From Thecamonas trahens ATCC 50062 (lineage: Eukaryota; Protista; Apusomonadida), in the NCBI RefSeq assembly GCF_000142905.1, contig NW_013657630.1, positions 85,589-149,588 of the forward strand: a stretch of 64,000 nt of DNA, given 5' to 3'. The number at the start of each line of letters is the position of its first letter. The first letter of the stretch is position 1. The translations under genes were made by a program, and so were the position numbers. Under the pieces are notes generated by a model, which worked only from the letters and a program-made list of their open reading frames with translations, did not search any database and had not been told where the DNA came from. Positions 1 to 10,815 of the stretch are shown here, piece after piece.

Positions 1-410
1 GATAAAGGGGGGCCAACGATTAATGGTATGCTGGGCAACGATAAAAGGGGGCGAACGATTAATGGTGTGCTGGGCAACGATAAAAGGGGGCGGACGATTA
101 ATGGTATGCTGGGCAACGATAAAAGGGGGGCGAACGATTAATGGTGTGCTGGGCAACGATAAAAGGGGGCGGACGATTAATGGTATGCTGGGCAACGATA
201 AAAGGGGGGCGAACGATTAATGGTATGCTGGGCAACGATAAAAGGGGGGCGAACGATTAATGGTATGCTGGGCAACGATAAAAGGGGGGCGAACGATTAA
301 TGGTATGCTGGGCAACGATAAAAGGGGGGCGAACGATTAATGGTATGCTGGGCAACGATAAAAGGGGGGCGAACGATTAATGGTATGCTGGGCAACGATA
401 AAAGGGGGCG
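1..410. repeat. ~40-bp tandem minisatellite (GAACGATTAATGGTATGCTGGGCAACGATAAAAGGGGGGC), ~10 copies, truncated by window start
   Basis: Head-to-tail near-identical units differing mainly in G-run length; no unique spacers. Confidence 0.95.
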
Positions 411-519
411 CATGAACAGCTTCTCTTGGCGCTCAGCGCTTGGATCTCAACGCTCCGTGCACACTTGCCTTGGCCAGCAACGACAGAGAATGCTGCGGTT
501 GCACAGCATGTGGCGGGTG

Positions 520-1083
520 ATGGAGGGGCGTGGGTGGAGCAGGGCGGGCCACGTGCTGGTCGGTGGAACGTTCGACAGGCTGCACCGCGGACATCGCTTG
601 CTGCTGGACGCGGCGGCCGAGGCGGCGGCGGCACAAGCAGAGGCCACCACACTTGTGGTCGGCGTGACAGCTGACAAGATGCTGGTGCAAAAGGCCTACG
701 CTGAGCTCATCGAGCCGTTTGATCGTAGGGCAGGTGCGGTCCGCGCCCATCTGGCGGATGCGCTCGAGGCCAAGGGTGGTGCCGCGGCGGAATCGATTGC
801 CGTCGACTTGGTTCCGCTGGATGACCCGGCCGGCCCGGCGGGCTCGCTGGCCAAGATCGACGTCCTGGTCGTGTCGGAGGAGCCTGGCGTGCTGAAGAAC
901 GTGGCAGGCATCCGCGAGCTCCGCGCTACCCGCGGCCTCGATCCGAACTTTGACGTCGTTGTGGTGGAGATGGTCGACGAGGACGGCCGTAAGGTCGACG
1001 AGGCGAGCAAGGTCTCGTCGTCCGAGCTGCGCCGCCGCGAGGCAGAGGCCGTTGCTAGCGGCGTAGAGAATGTGGGGCAGTAG
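520..1083 (+). CDS. Phosphopantetheine adenylyltransferase (eukaryotic/archaeal CoaD/Cab4 type)
   Basis: VGGTFDRLHRGH (HxGH), VVGVT..ML..K, VVSEE and KVSSSELR motifs; start uncertain (ATG 412, 490, 508 or 520). Confidence 0.85.
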   Translation: MEGRGWSRAGHVLVGGTFDRLHRGHRLLLDAAAEAAAAQAEATTLVVGVTADKMLVQKAYAELIEPFDRRAGAVRAHLADALEAKGGAAAESIAVDLVPLDDPAGPAGSLAKIDVLVVSEEPGVLKNVAGIRELRATRGLDPNFDVVVVEMVDEDGRKVDEASKVSSSELRRREAEAVASGVENVGQ

Positions 1084-1112
1084 CAGATGGGGCACGAGCG
1101 TGTTTACTTACC

Positions 1113-3106
1113 TCACGACGATGACGACGACGACGACGACGCCGACGCAAAGGTGTACGACGACGACGACGACGAGTCGTCGATAGCGCCCGCCATGGCG
1201 GCCGCGGCCACGGCCTCGACGTCCTCAAAGGCCGAGCGGGCGACTGAAGCGTCGTGCGAGTGACCTGTGCCGCGGCGGACGTTTTGCTTCGACTCCAGCT
1301 CGCGAATGCCCTTGTTGACCTCGTAGAACCGCGAGTCGCGCGACTCCTCCTGGCGAATCATCCAGCATTTGCGGACGCAAAAGGCAACAAAGCAGAAGAA
1401 GGCGAGGGTAAAAAGGCGATGGCAATGACCATACGCCCCGCGTTGGCATCGTTAGTGACGTTCGGCGGTGGTGGCGGGAGGCCATTGCCTGCGGTGACCA
1501 CGCACGACGAGGCCGTGCACGCCACAATGGCTTCGGTCTCGGAGACGACGAGACTCTGCAGTGGGGCGCGGTGGCGAAGCGCGGCGCGCTCCTCGACGAG
1601 GACGACCGAGGCGTTGACGAGCGAGCCGACACATGGCGAGCAGGTGAGGATTGTATACTGCGTCCCCTTGCGGAACTTGTACGAGGCCGGGACAACAACA
1701 CGGACGTTGCCGGCGAGGTCGGCGCGGCCTTCGACGACGAGGGGCGTCGGCTCAGTCGACGAGACGCGGAACGAGAGGACGGTGCCGAGATCGACGCGGA
1801 GGCGGGCGGCGACAACGGCGACGTCGGCGACGGCGAAGACCGACGATTCCGTGAGCGCCAGCAGCGAGCCGACGGTGAGCGGCGCACTGGCGAGCAGGCT
1901 GCCTGAGCCTGCAAGCGTCACCGAGTCCGTCACCGTCGTCGCACTGTTGACCTTCACCGCCACGGTCCCGCGGATGACAAGCGCGCGGTCGACCCGCCCG
2001 CCATCGAGGTCAACAAGCTGCTCGAGACTCCGCCCACGGGTAAACTCGTTGGCAAGAACAACAACCGAGTTGTCGGCGAGGAGCAGGAGGGAGGTGGCGG
2101 CGCCCGGCGCGAGCGCAATCGTCGCCGACGTCGCCGTCGCAGAGACCGCTGGCGGCGGGCGGAAGAACGCGTACGACGTCTCGTTGATCAGCACTTTCTT
2201 GTGCGGAAAGGCGGCGCCGTTGGTCCCATCAAAGGCTACGAGGCCAGTGGCAACCATGTACTCTTGCCGCGAGTTGTACGCAGCGTTGAGGAGCGGGCCG
2301 TCGGTCGCCGTCGCCGCGTACACAAGGTTGACAAACCGCATGGCGTGGTCCGGCGGCGTCGAAGTCGCCGTGTCCGGAAGAACCAGTGAGCCCGCAAACG
2401 ACGAGTCGACAAAGCAGAGGGTAAAGAACGCAGCCTCGGCATCAGCCGTCACCGTCATGTTGGGAAAGGTGTGGACGACCGAGCCCGAAGCGCGGACCGT
2501 CAGCACGTACGGGTCGTCCGACGGTGCGAGCTCCACGTACGCCGACACTGTCTTGTGGGCCAGCGCGGTCACACCTGTCGCGGCGGCATCATTGATGAAC
2601 AGAGCCACGTCGCCGGTGCTCTGTCGTCCGACAGCCACGTCCAGCGTAGAAGCGATCATCACAGCGAGTAACCGCGTCCACATGATACCCACGTCCATGA
2701 CCACCACAAGCACGATCATGCCCACACCCACACCACCGATGAGTCACAGATAATGCCCAACCCCAGCCACACCCACACCACCGATGAGTTACAGATAATG
2801 CCCAACCCCAGCCACACCCACACCACCGATGAGTCACAGATAATGCCCAACCCCAGCCACACCCACACCACCGATGAGTCACAGATAATGCCCAACCCCA
2901 GCCACACCCACACCACCAATGAGTCACAGATAATGCCCAACCCCAGCCACACCCACACCCACACACCCACACAGACTACACACACCACACACACACATAC
3001 CACACACACCACATACCTCAGTATTGACATGGGCCAGACGGACATAGCTAGGAAGCGCCATGACAACTCCAGCCCAGACAACCACCATGACCACCGCCAT
3101 GCCCAT
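1113..3106 (-). CDS. Type I membrane/surface protein: signal peptide, DUF4397-like domains, beta-rich region, TM helix, Ser-rich tail; exons 3106-3017 and 2620-1113; 1-nt frameshift at ~1410
   Basis: Exon 1 MGMAVVMVVVWAGVVMALPSYVRLAHVNTE|GTATGT splices in phase to CAG|STGDVALFIND; adding one T at 1410-1414 joins the ORF to AIAFFTLAFFCFVAFCVRKCW+MIRQEESR. Confidence 0.65.
2722..2958. repeat. 45-bp tandem repeat (~5 copies) inside the intron of the surface-protein gene
   Basis: Unit GAGTCACAGATAATGCCCAACCCCAGCCACACCCACACCACCGAT repeated head-to-tail. Confidence 0.95.
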
Positions 3107-3336
3107 GGTCCCTGTCCACCCGCCACACATGCCCTGCCTTGCTACCGCCATCACCTATGGGATGGGTACAACACGGGAGGGGCGCACACGTCGGTGGTAT
3201 TGTTCTCGCTCTCCAGCTGGTCTTGGCTAGCTTGTCTTGCCCTCTACAAGGTCAGAGGGAAGAGAGAGAGAGGGAGGGGGGGGCAGGGGAGGGAGGGAGG
3301 GAGGGAGGGAGGGAGGGAAGTGTCCCGTGTCCCTTG

Positions 3337-6146
3337 CAGTGTTTGCAATGAATACCAGCATTCATCGGTCTATTCATCCAGGTATTCAATTCGGTATTCC
3401 CTTTCGGGGCTATGAATACCCACATGTGCGACTTTGCCCGGACTTGACGCCAGAATCTACACCGCTCTCAGCACTACCATGACCGGCGATGTGCTGCGCA
3501 ACTTGCGTGTTCGCAGTCAAAGCAAGCCAAGCGTGTACTGGTCGGTGGTTTACGAAGATGAAGGTGGCGAGGATGGCAAGTTTCGATGCATGCTGTGTGG
3601 CGTGCAGGTCACCGCCTCGCATGGTAAGACCTCCAACATCGCCAACCACATGAAGCTTCAGCACCGCAGCCTCATCCAGCGGCTTGCTAAGGCAGTCGGC
3701 CCTGAGACCTCGTCCCAGCCATCCATCACGCAGTCACTTGGGACGCTGTCCGGCAAGTCACTAGCGGCTCGCAAGAGGGCAACGGCGCCTGCAGCCGTCA
3801 AGTTCGTCCTGAGCTCGCACTCGCCGTTCCGCATCATGGACAACCCCGACATGCACGCCATGGTGGCGGCGGCATCGCGCCTCTCTGTTGAGCAAATCAA
3901 GCAAGTACTTCCATCTGCGTACCAGGTAGCCGGACCTGGCCTTGATGCGTTGTTTGAGCGCTGCCGCCAGTCCGTCGTCAACCTGACAAAGTCCGGACCT
4001 GTCGTGCTGTATGTCGACGAGTGGACGTCCAAGGCGACACACAAGTCATTTCTCGGCATGTGCGCCTCCTTCTACAATAATGATGGAGAGCGTGTAACCG
4101 TTCCGGTTGCTTTTCGTGCCCTCACGCCTGAGACTATGCTCGCGATCCAGGAGACTGGTTTGGATAGCGAGCCATCATCAGGCGCCGTAGCAGCGGAAGC
4201 ACTGGATCACCTGTCTACCAATGCGGCCACACTGGCCAGTATGGTGAAGGAATGCACGGATCGGATGGGACTGGAGTGGGGCCGTGTTTGCGGCGTGGCG
4301 ACTGACACCACGTCGGTCATGCCGTGCATGGCGCGTGAGCTTGGTCTGCCTTGGTTTCCCTGCCTATCCCACCGCATCAACCTCATCGCAGGCAAGGTCA
4401 TCCGCCACCTCGGCTCGGTCGCCGAGCCCTGCCCTGAGCTCATCATGCAGGACAACATGCTCGACCTAGTCGGAGACAAGCTTGTGGACAACTTTTCGGA
4501 CACGGAGGGGGATGACGTAGGTAGCGACACCGAGCCAATGGAGGCTAACTCGAGCGATCCAACGCCAGGTCCGTTCAGCGGAGCCGACTTGTCGGCGCCC
4601 GCACCAGTTGCGCCAGTGGCCAAGCGCAAGAACCCCGGTGCTACCAACGATGACGTCCCCCTCGACGATTTGTTGCTCTCAGACCTGCCCAATGCCCCTC
4701 TCGATGGTCGCCCGGATCCTCTGTCGAAGGCTCGTCGCATTGTGGCCCTCGTTCAGCGCTCGTCTAAGGTCAAGCGCTACCTCGACCATATCATTGACAA
4801 GAAGGAGCACTTGGAACAGGAGGAGTACAACATCGAGGTCTCCAAGTACAAAGGGCTAGTGCAGGGCGGATTGGCGCACAAGGTCGCCCCTCCTATCATG
4901 CCACGTCGTCGTCCGCGGTCGCTGCGCCCATCTGTCGTCACCCGCTGGGGGTCGACTGTTGCCATGCTCAATCGCATGCTCGACATGCGCGAGGACATTG
5001 ACGAGCTCTGCTCCATGCCGGAGGTCTCGGTCGAGAAGCTTTCGGACGACGACTGGGCGCAGCTCAAGCTCGCGTACCCAGTCCTCAGCATGATCGACAT
5101 GGCCTCCACCAGATCGCAGAGGGAGGATAATCGGCCCTCGGATGCGATTGTGACGATGCTGCATATGCGCTCCGGCATGCAAGAGATTATCTCAGTCCAG
5201 GCGTCTGGCGCGGGCACAGCCGCTTTGAAGGCAATCGGAAGCGAGCTCAAGTACTTTGCCGAGCAAGACACATCGCTATTCGCTTTCCTCATTGACCCCG
5301 AGGTCACCCATGAGCAACTGCGAGAGTTTTATGGCTGCTACGCCAAGGCATTGTACGGCGACAGAACGACAGATACCTTGATCCAGCGCGTTCGCCGCGA
5401 CGTGTGGGGCCGCTTTGCGAGCAAGATTGCGGTTGCATTCCATGACCAGCTTGCGCGCACCGAGAACGAACCTGTCCCGGAAGTGGTGGACATCGCGTTT
5501 GCCCCAGATGATGCTCCTCGGCGCGCCTCTGCATCTGCGAACAACATCAGTGCCGGTTCATCAGGTGTGTCCGAGTGCGGGACTGAGTCGTCACGATGTG
5601 ATGAAGTTGTGGACCTTATTCTGCAAAAGTACAAGCGCCAGCTTGAGGCTACCACCGGTAGTCGCGTTGGGTCCAAGAAGCCGCGCACGGCCTTTGCCCA
5701 GCAGGCGAGCAACCGCCCTTCCGCGACTCTGCTAATCGAGAGTTACTCCAAGGCACTAACTCAGGCCATCTTCGACTACAAGAACATCGGTGTAACGATG
5801 TCGCCAGACGCGCGCATCCAGCTGATCCCCGCCTTGGCCCGCACTAAGTGCCGCTTCGGTGACGATCAGCGCATCTTCGATCTTATGGAGGCAGCAACGG
5901 CGCTCCTTCGTCCGCTGCTGCTCCCCTCTGCTGCAGCTGCGAGCGTGGAACGGCTCAACTCGGTGGGCACAGACATGCTCACTCGTAAGCGCAACCGTCT
6001 TGACTCCGAAAGGATCGAGAAGATGGTGCTCACGCGCTGCTGGATCGCTGCCTCCACGAAGCTCGGTATCGACCTGTAGAGGAATATTCATTCCAAAGGT
6101 CCAGGTATTCATTCCTGACCAATATTTCGCGAAATTTCAAACACTG
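3337..6146 (+). mobile_element. Autonomous hAT-superfamily DNA transposon, 2810 bp
   Basis: TIR CAGTGTTTG(C/A)AAT (12/13 match) at both ends; 8-bp TSD GTCCCTTG at 3329-3336 and 6147-6154; subterminal (GG)TATTCA motifs; intact transposase. Confidence 0.95.
3479..6079 (+). CDS. hAT transposase with BED zinc finger and C-terminal dimerisation domain
   Basis: BED W..FRCMLC..TSNIANHMKLQH; catalytic VDEWTS and ATDTT; CLSHRINL; TRWGST; SVERLNS..RNRL. Confidence 0.95.
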   Translation: MTGDVLRNLRVRSQSKPSVYWSVVYEDEGGEDGKFRCMLCGVQVTASHGKTSNIANHMKLQHRSLIQRLAKAVGPETSSQPSITQSLGTLSGKSLAARKRATAPAAVKFVLSSHSPFRIMDNPDMHAMVAAASRLSVEQIKQVLPSAYQVAGPGLDALFERCRQSVVNLTKSGPVVLYVDEWTSKATHKSFLGMCASFYNNDGERVTVPVAFRALTPETMLAIQETGLDSEPSSGAVAAEALDHLSTNAATLASMVKECTDRMGLEWGRVCGVATDTTSVMPCMARELGLPWFPCLSHRINLIAGKVIRHLGSVAEPCPELIMQDNMLDLVGDKLVDNFSDTEGDDVGSDTEPMEANSSDPTPGPFSGADLSAPAPVAPVAKRKNPGATNDDVPLDDLLLSDLPNAPLDGRPDPLSKARRIVALVQRSSKVKRYLDHIIDKKEHLEQEEYNIEVSKYKGLVQGGLAHKVAPPIMPRRRPRSLRPSVVTRWGSTVAMLNRMLDMREDIDELCSMPEVSVEKLSDDDWAQLKLAYPVLSMIDMASTRSQREDNRPSDAIVTMLHMRSGMQEIISVQASGAGTAALKAIGSELKYFAEQDTSLFAFLIDPEVTHEQLREFYGCYAKALYGDRTTDTLIQRVRRDVWGRFASKIAVAFHDQLARTENEPVPEVVDIAFAPDDAPRRASASANNISAGSSGVSECGTESSRCDEVVDLILQKYKRQLEATTGSRVGSKKPRTAFAQQASNRPSATLLIESYSKALTQAIFDYKNIGVTMSPDARIQLIPALARTKCRFGDDQRIFDLMEAATALLRPLLLPSAAAASVERLNSVGTDMLTRKRNRLDSERIEKMVLTRCWIAASTKLGIDL

Positions 6147-6504
6147 GTCCCTTGTCCCGTCCCGTGTCCCCGTCCCCCGGCCTCCTCCTCGACCGACCCC
6201 AGCCACTCCCTCAGCCTCACGCAGCCTCACGCAGTCTCACCCGGCTCTACCAAGACAGACACTTCTCCCGCACAATACTCTCGACTCACGGCACATCAGA
6301 GATATTGATGACACTCTCTGACTAGAGGGTGCAGATCAGAGGCCAGTCATCCATCAATGATGGCGCGCATATGAAATGGTATGCGTCGTGTTTGTTCGTT
6401 CTCACTCACATGTGGGTGATGGCCTTTGCGGAGTGGACGCAGCAGGCTAGCGAGCGAGGGAGAAGCGAGGGACAGGGGGAGGAGGCAGTTAACACATTCA
6501 TTGC

Positions 6505-6978
6505 TCAACTCTCCCAGTCGATCATGAAGGTGGTGACTCTGGGCTTGTCGGCGATGATGGAGCGGACAATGTTGTTGGGGTCGATCTGGGTGCCGGCGGC
6601 GATGGTCTCGGGATCGGTTCCGTCGGCAAGCGAGTTGGAGACATAGTAGCCAACGCGGACAAACTCCTGGTCCTTGTACGAGCAGGTAAGGAGGCAGACG
6701 GTGACGCCGAGCAGGTCGGCCGCCGGGATGGACGACGGGTCGGGGGCGTCAGCCTGGAACACAAACCGGTTGACGCCCACAGGAATGGGGCCGACCAGAA
6801 TCGAGTCCAGCAGCTGGTCGTACGAGTCGTTCTCCGCAGACCCGACGTACACCAGCTTCCACTCTAGGTCGTCCTGCAGCTGCGCTGTGCACTCAAAGCA
6901 GATCTCAAACTGGAACGGGTTGGTGAACATCGTCGGGTTGTCCAGCACCTCGACATTCGTCAGCGCAACGTACGACAT
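6505..6978 (-). CDS. ASF1: Histone H3-H4 chaperone ASF1
   Basis: [47 protein letters not shown]. Confidence 0.97.
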   Translation of the reverse strand: MSYVALTNVEVLDNPTMFTNPFQFEICFECTAQLQDDLEWKLVYVGSAENDSYDQLLDSILVGPIPVGVNRFVFQADAPDPSSIPAADLLGVTVCLLTCSYKDQEFVRVGYYVSNSLADGTDPETIAAGTQIDPNNIVRSIIADKPRVTTFMIDWES

Positions 6979-8338
6979 TGTCACTTATCGATCTCTATCT
7001 ACAAACAACCTAGTCCTTGTCCTTGGTCGTCTCCGAAGGCAGTCGGCGCAGTCAGTGGCCGGCTTTGAGCGGAGGAGCGGAGCGGAGGGATGGAGCGGAG
7101 GAAGTGGCTTTGGCCAGTACGCGGCGGAGGTGGTTGGTGGTCGAGGAAGAGAGTCCTGGTCTTGCTTATTCTTGCCGGGCGCTTCTTCCTATAGCTGAGG
7201 ATATGAATATATATATATATATGTCAGGACAAGTGTGAGTGAGACCAGGTGTGATGGTGATGGTAGCAGTGGTGGTGATTGGGGGGGGGGGGGGGGCGTG
7301 GGCTGGCTGGCAGCCTGGCCTGCTGCGCCCACCTCAGGGCGGCCCGAGAGAGCAGACGGCAGTGCATGTCATGGGGGGAATAGCAAATGGAGTATAACTC
7401 TGGTATGGGTACGGAGTGATGGGAGGGGAGGGGGGTGGAGAGGGAGGGGGGGAGGGGGAGGGGGAGGGGAGGGGGGGGGGGGCGGTGTACATGGAGTGGA
7501 GGAGGGAGTGTAGAATCAACGAATGGACGAGTTGCCACTGGCGATGGCCAAAGACGCCAGCAAGGCGACCAGGAAGATGAGGAAAGTGGGAGGAAGCGAG
7601 GGCGAGGTGCGGAGGGGTACACAAGCCATTGGCTACGTGTGAGGTAGAGAGTGTAGCAAGGTGATAGCCAAAGGTACTCCGGGTACCTATACCGTTTCCT
7701 CTCCCCCTGTGCATGTTTCCCCACATGCCCAGCTATCCGCTCATCCCCACCAGGGACATGGTGTACACCATCCCTGTCCCCCTCCCTCGGCCTCTCCCGC
7801 CACCTCTCCTTCCAATGCCACCTACTTGTTCACGTACAAAAAGCTGTGCCAAAAAATGAAAGCCAAGTGGCCGTCGACTGCTGCCAATGACTCGCCAAGG
7901 CGACTCGTTGCCGCACTCGGCGCCGCCGCCCCCCCCCCACTCCGGCCGACTCGTCGTTTCTCCTGTCACTCACCGACCCCGGCCGACACACCGAAAAAGG
8001 TCGTGAATGCCTCGCCCACATCCTGCTACATCTTGTTCATCAGCTGCATGGTGACTGATTGCTGGTCGTAAGTGTGGAGAGGAGAACAGAATGTGTCGCA
8101 CGGCCTGATTTGTGGTGCTCTGGTCCAAGTATTGCGACCGTAGGGGGGTGGCCCTCCTTGGAGGGGGGGGGGGGGGGGGGGGGCGGGAGGGGAAGGGACG
8201 GCTCGGCGGGCGCGACTCGTCGTTTTCCCTGAACAAAAGACACAGCCGACAGCGCACGACAGCGACAGCCACGGCCATGGCCACAGAGGCAGACACCGCA
8301 GACACGGCCAACCACGTGACTCCAACACCAAAAGCATC

Positions 8339-8663
8339 ATGGTAAGTAGAGGGTGGAGGTGGTGGTGAGCATATGACCACGCGCACACACACGCACACAC
8401 GCGGCTCACATGGGCGCGCCGACGAGCGGGTGCAGGAGGCAGAGCGGCCGGGCATGAGCGGGGTGGTCAACGACGAGCTGGAGGAGGTGATGCCTGTCGC
8501 GGGCATCGTGTACCAGCGACTGGACGTGATGATGGAGCAACTGTGTGCCCCGGCTATCATGCCGGTCAAGTCGGCCACGCTTGAGAAGCTCGAGGCGCTG
8601 ACCAAGGAGGCAGAGCTCTCGCTCAACGCCAAGGCGGCCGAGCAGAGTGAGAGCTTTGCGTAG
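8339..8663 (+). CDS. BBIP1: BBSome-interacting protein 1 (BBIP10); probable intron 8342-8435
   Basis: EVMPVAGIV..LCAPAIMPVKSATLEKLEAL resembles BBIP1 [36 protein letters not shown]...TGCAG|GAG in phase (alternative ATG 8454). Confidence 0.8.
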
Positions 8664-8760
8664 CGTCTTCTCTGCCTGCTCGGCTCGATGGCAGCACGAC
8701 GCGCTCAGAGTGAGCGCAAACACACGACTCGCCCGGTTTAACGGCCTGTAGCGAGCTCCG

Positions 8761-9868
8761 TCAGAGGCTGACAACCACCGCGCGCGATGCCAGTCGGTCG
8801 CCAAGATCGGCAGGCATGGCGTAGTGGCCGCTCGCCCGTTTGGCCGGATGCGACTCGACGAGCTGCGCATTGGAGGCAAGAAGTTGCGCCGCAGACCAGA
8901 GCGCAAGATGCGACGACTTGCCATGGCGGGTCACAAAGTAGGTCGGCGAGTCACCGACGTGGACGACGCCGACGACCACCGCCCAGTGCGCGGCGTGCCC
9001 GGACCGCAGCGCGGGCTCGTGGTTAGGCGCCGCATCGTAGGCAAGGAGAACAAACGCGCCGGCGGCGAGCGCATCCGCCACGCTCGCCACCCGGGCCTCG
9101 ACCCCGGTCTCGGCCGCCCACGCTAGCCCGTGAACCTGCACCGCGCTCGGCAGGACTTTGCGGGCCAGCTCGGCCAGCTCGCCGGCATCAAACATCTCGC
9201 CCTCTCTCGAGTAGCCCGCCGCGACAGCCGCCTCGAGCACCGGCGCCGAGTACACGTCAACAAGCTTAGTGCTTTTGTCGTCCCCGCCGTCTGCAAGCGC
9301 GTCACGGGCCGCATCTGCGTCGGGCTTGGCCACCAGCATGGCCACAGCCGTGATGCCGCACATCGGGCCGACCTGCCGCAGCGGAGGCAGCAACCGCAGT
9401 ACACTCAGCACCATCAGCCTGTCATCTCCTGCACTCCTATCTCCTTCGCCGTCACCTGCCACCACCAGCCGACCTGCCCCGCCTTGTTGGCCTACAACAT
9501 CTCCACCTGCCTCTCCCAGCCGATATGCTCGAGCCTCCACAGCCTCCACCGCCACACGCACCGATCGCACCCTACGCCCACCACCACCGGCATCCAAGGA
9601 AGAAAGACAGAGAGAGAACGCGCATGCGTGTGTTTGTGTGTGCGTAAGTGGGGAGAGAGGAGGGGAGGGGGGGGGGGCAGGGAGGGGGTGCGTACTCTGC
9701 TGCGGGATACACTCGGTCTCGCCAGGCAGGCGGCGCCGGAGCTGCCGAGGAGGCCGTGGCGGCTTTAGCATCCATGGCAGGGATGACATGAGGTGGAGGA
9801 GGTGGAGGGGTGGCGGCAAGTGCTGGGGGCGGCGGTGGGGGTGGTGGCGGTGGCGGAGTGTCGAGCAT
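8761..9868 (-). CDS. ACTMAP: Actin maturation protease (C19orf54/UPF0692, peptidase C39-like) with proline-rich N-terminus; intron from 9695, acceptor uncertain (~9420-9440)
   Basis: QVGPMCG, GEMF, YD..PNHEP..SGHAAHWAVV, HGKS..LW..LLASNAQL; poly-Pro exon 1 ending at a GTACGC donor. Confidence 0.85.
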
Positions 9869-10032
9869 GGTCTCCGCCCAGGAGAGTGAGATGCGGTGTG
9901 GTTGGCGAGGCGTGGCGATGGTAGGCTGAGGGCCTGTGGTGATTCGGCAGAACGACTGGCGGCTGGGGGGGGCTGATCGGGAAGGGGGTGCGCAGGGGTC
10001 AGGGAGCAGCTTTATTGCGACTAGCGCTGTGC

Positions 10033-10561
10033 TTACTTGATGCCCATGAGCTCGACCTCAAAAATGAGGGTGGCGCCGCCGGGGATGACGCCACCGGCGC
10101 CACGGTCGCCGTAGCCGAGATGCGGCGGGATGGTGAGGACACGGCGCTCGCCAACACACATGTCGAGGAGGCCCTGGTCCCAGCCCTGGATGACCATGCC
10201 TGCACCGAGACGGAACTCAAAGGGAGTACCACGAGTGACCGAAGAGTCAAACACAGTACCATCCTCCAGCTTGCCGGTGTAGTGCATCGAGAGCGAGTCG
10301 CCGTTGGCCGACTTGCGCCCGCAGTCCTCCGGCACATGCTCCACATCGATCTTGAGATCCGCGCCCTGTCATCGACATCATCCACCACCGTCGCCACAAC
10401 CACAACCACCACAACCACCACCACCGTCGTCACCATCGTCACCATCGTCACCATCGTCACCATCACCATCACCGTCACCGCCCCGCCACCGCCACCAACG
10501 ACCCGCCATGCAGAGGAGATCAAGTCGTCGACCATGATCATCACCACCAAACACACACGCA

Positions 10562-10614
<53 letters not shown>

Positions 10615-10815
10615 GCACAAGTACACAATGAGTATACCCCTCCCCTTCCTCCCCTCCCCCCCCCCCCCCCTCCCCCCCCTCCCTCCCCCCTGGCAACCTA
10701 CCGCCCCAGCCGACGACTTCGGCTTGTGCCGCTTCTTGGCCTCGGCTCCAAGGAGGCAGGAAGAGAGCACAACAGCCGCAAGGACCACAACAATCAGCGT
10801 CTTCATCGTCATCAT
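10033..10815 (-). CDS. FKBP2: Secretory-pathway FKBP-type peptidyl-prolyl isomerase (FKBP2/FKBP13-like); intron 10366-10701
   Basis: Signal peptide exon; [53 protein letters not shown]. Confidence 0.92.

Noticed and set aside
1-410. CRISPR array
   Set aside because: Units are identical tandem copies with no unique spacers and no cas genes; eukaryotic context
1254-2753. Long antisense/shadow ORFs here and opposite katG, CARMIL, COPG, syntaxin and others
   Set aside because: Expected from high GC and codon bias of the real gene on the other strand; no motifs
2753-3415. MPNPSHTHTTDESQI repeat protein ORF
   Set aside because: Translation of a 45-bp intronic minisatellite on the strand opposite the real gene
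6304-6358. SECIS-like hairpin downstream of ASF1
   Set aside because: A stem exists but lacks the UGA/GA quartet geometry and apical AA; no in-frame UGA selenoprotein candidate nearby
7000-8330. Small ORFs between ASF1 and BBIP1
   Set aside because: Dominated by G/C homopolymers; no coherent spliced product could be assembled
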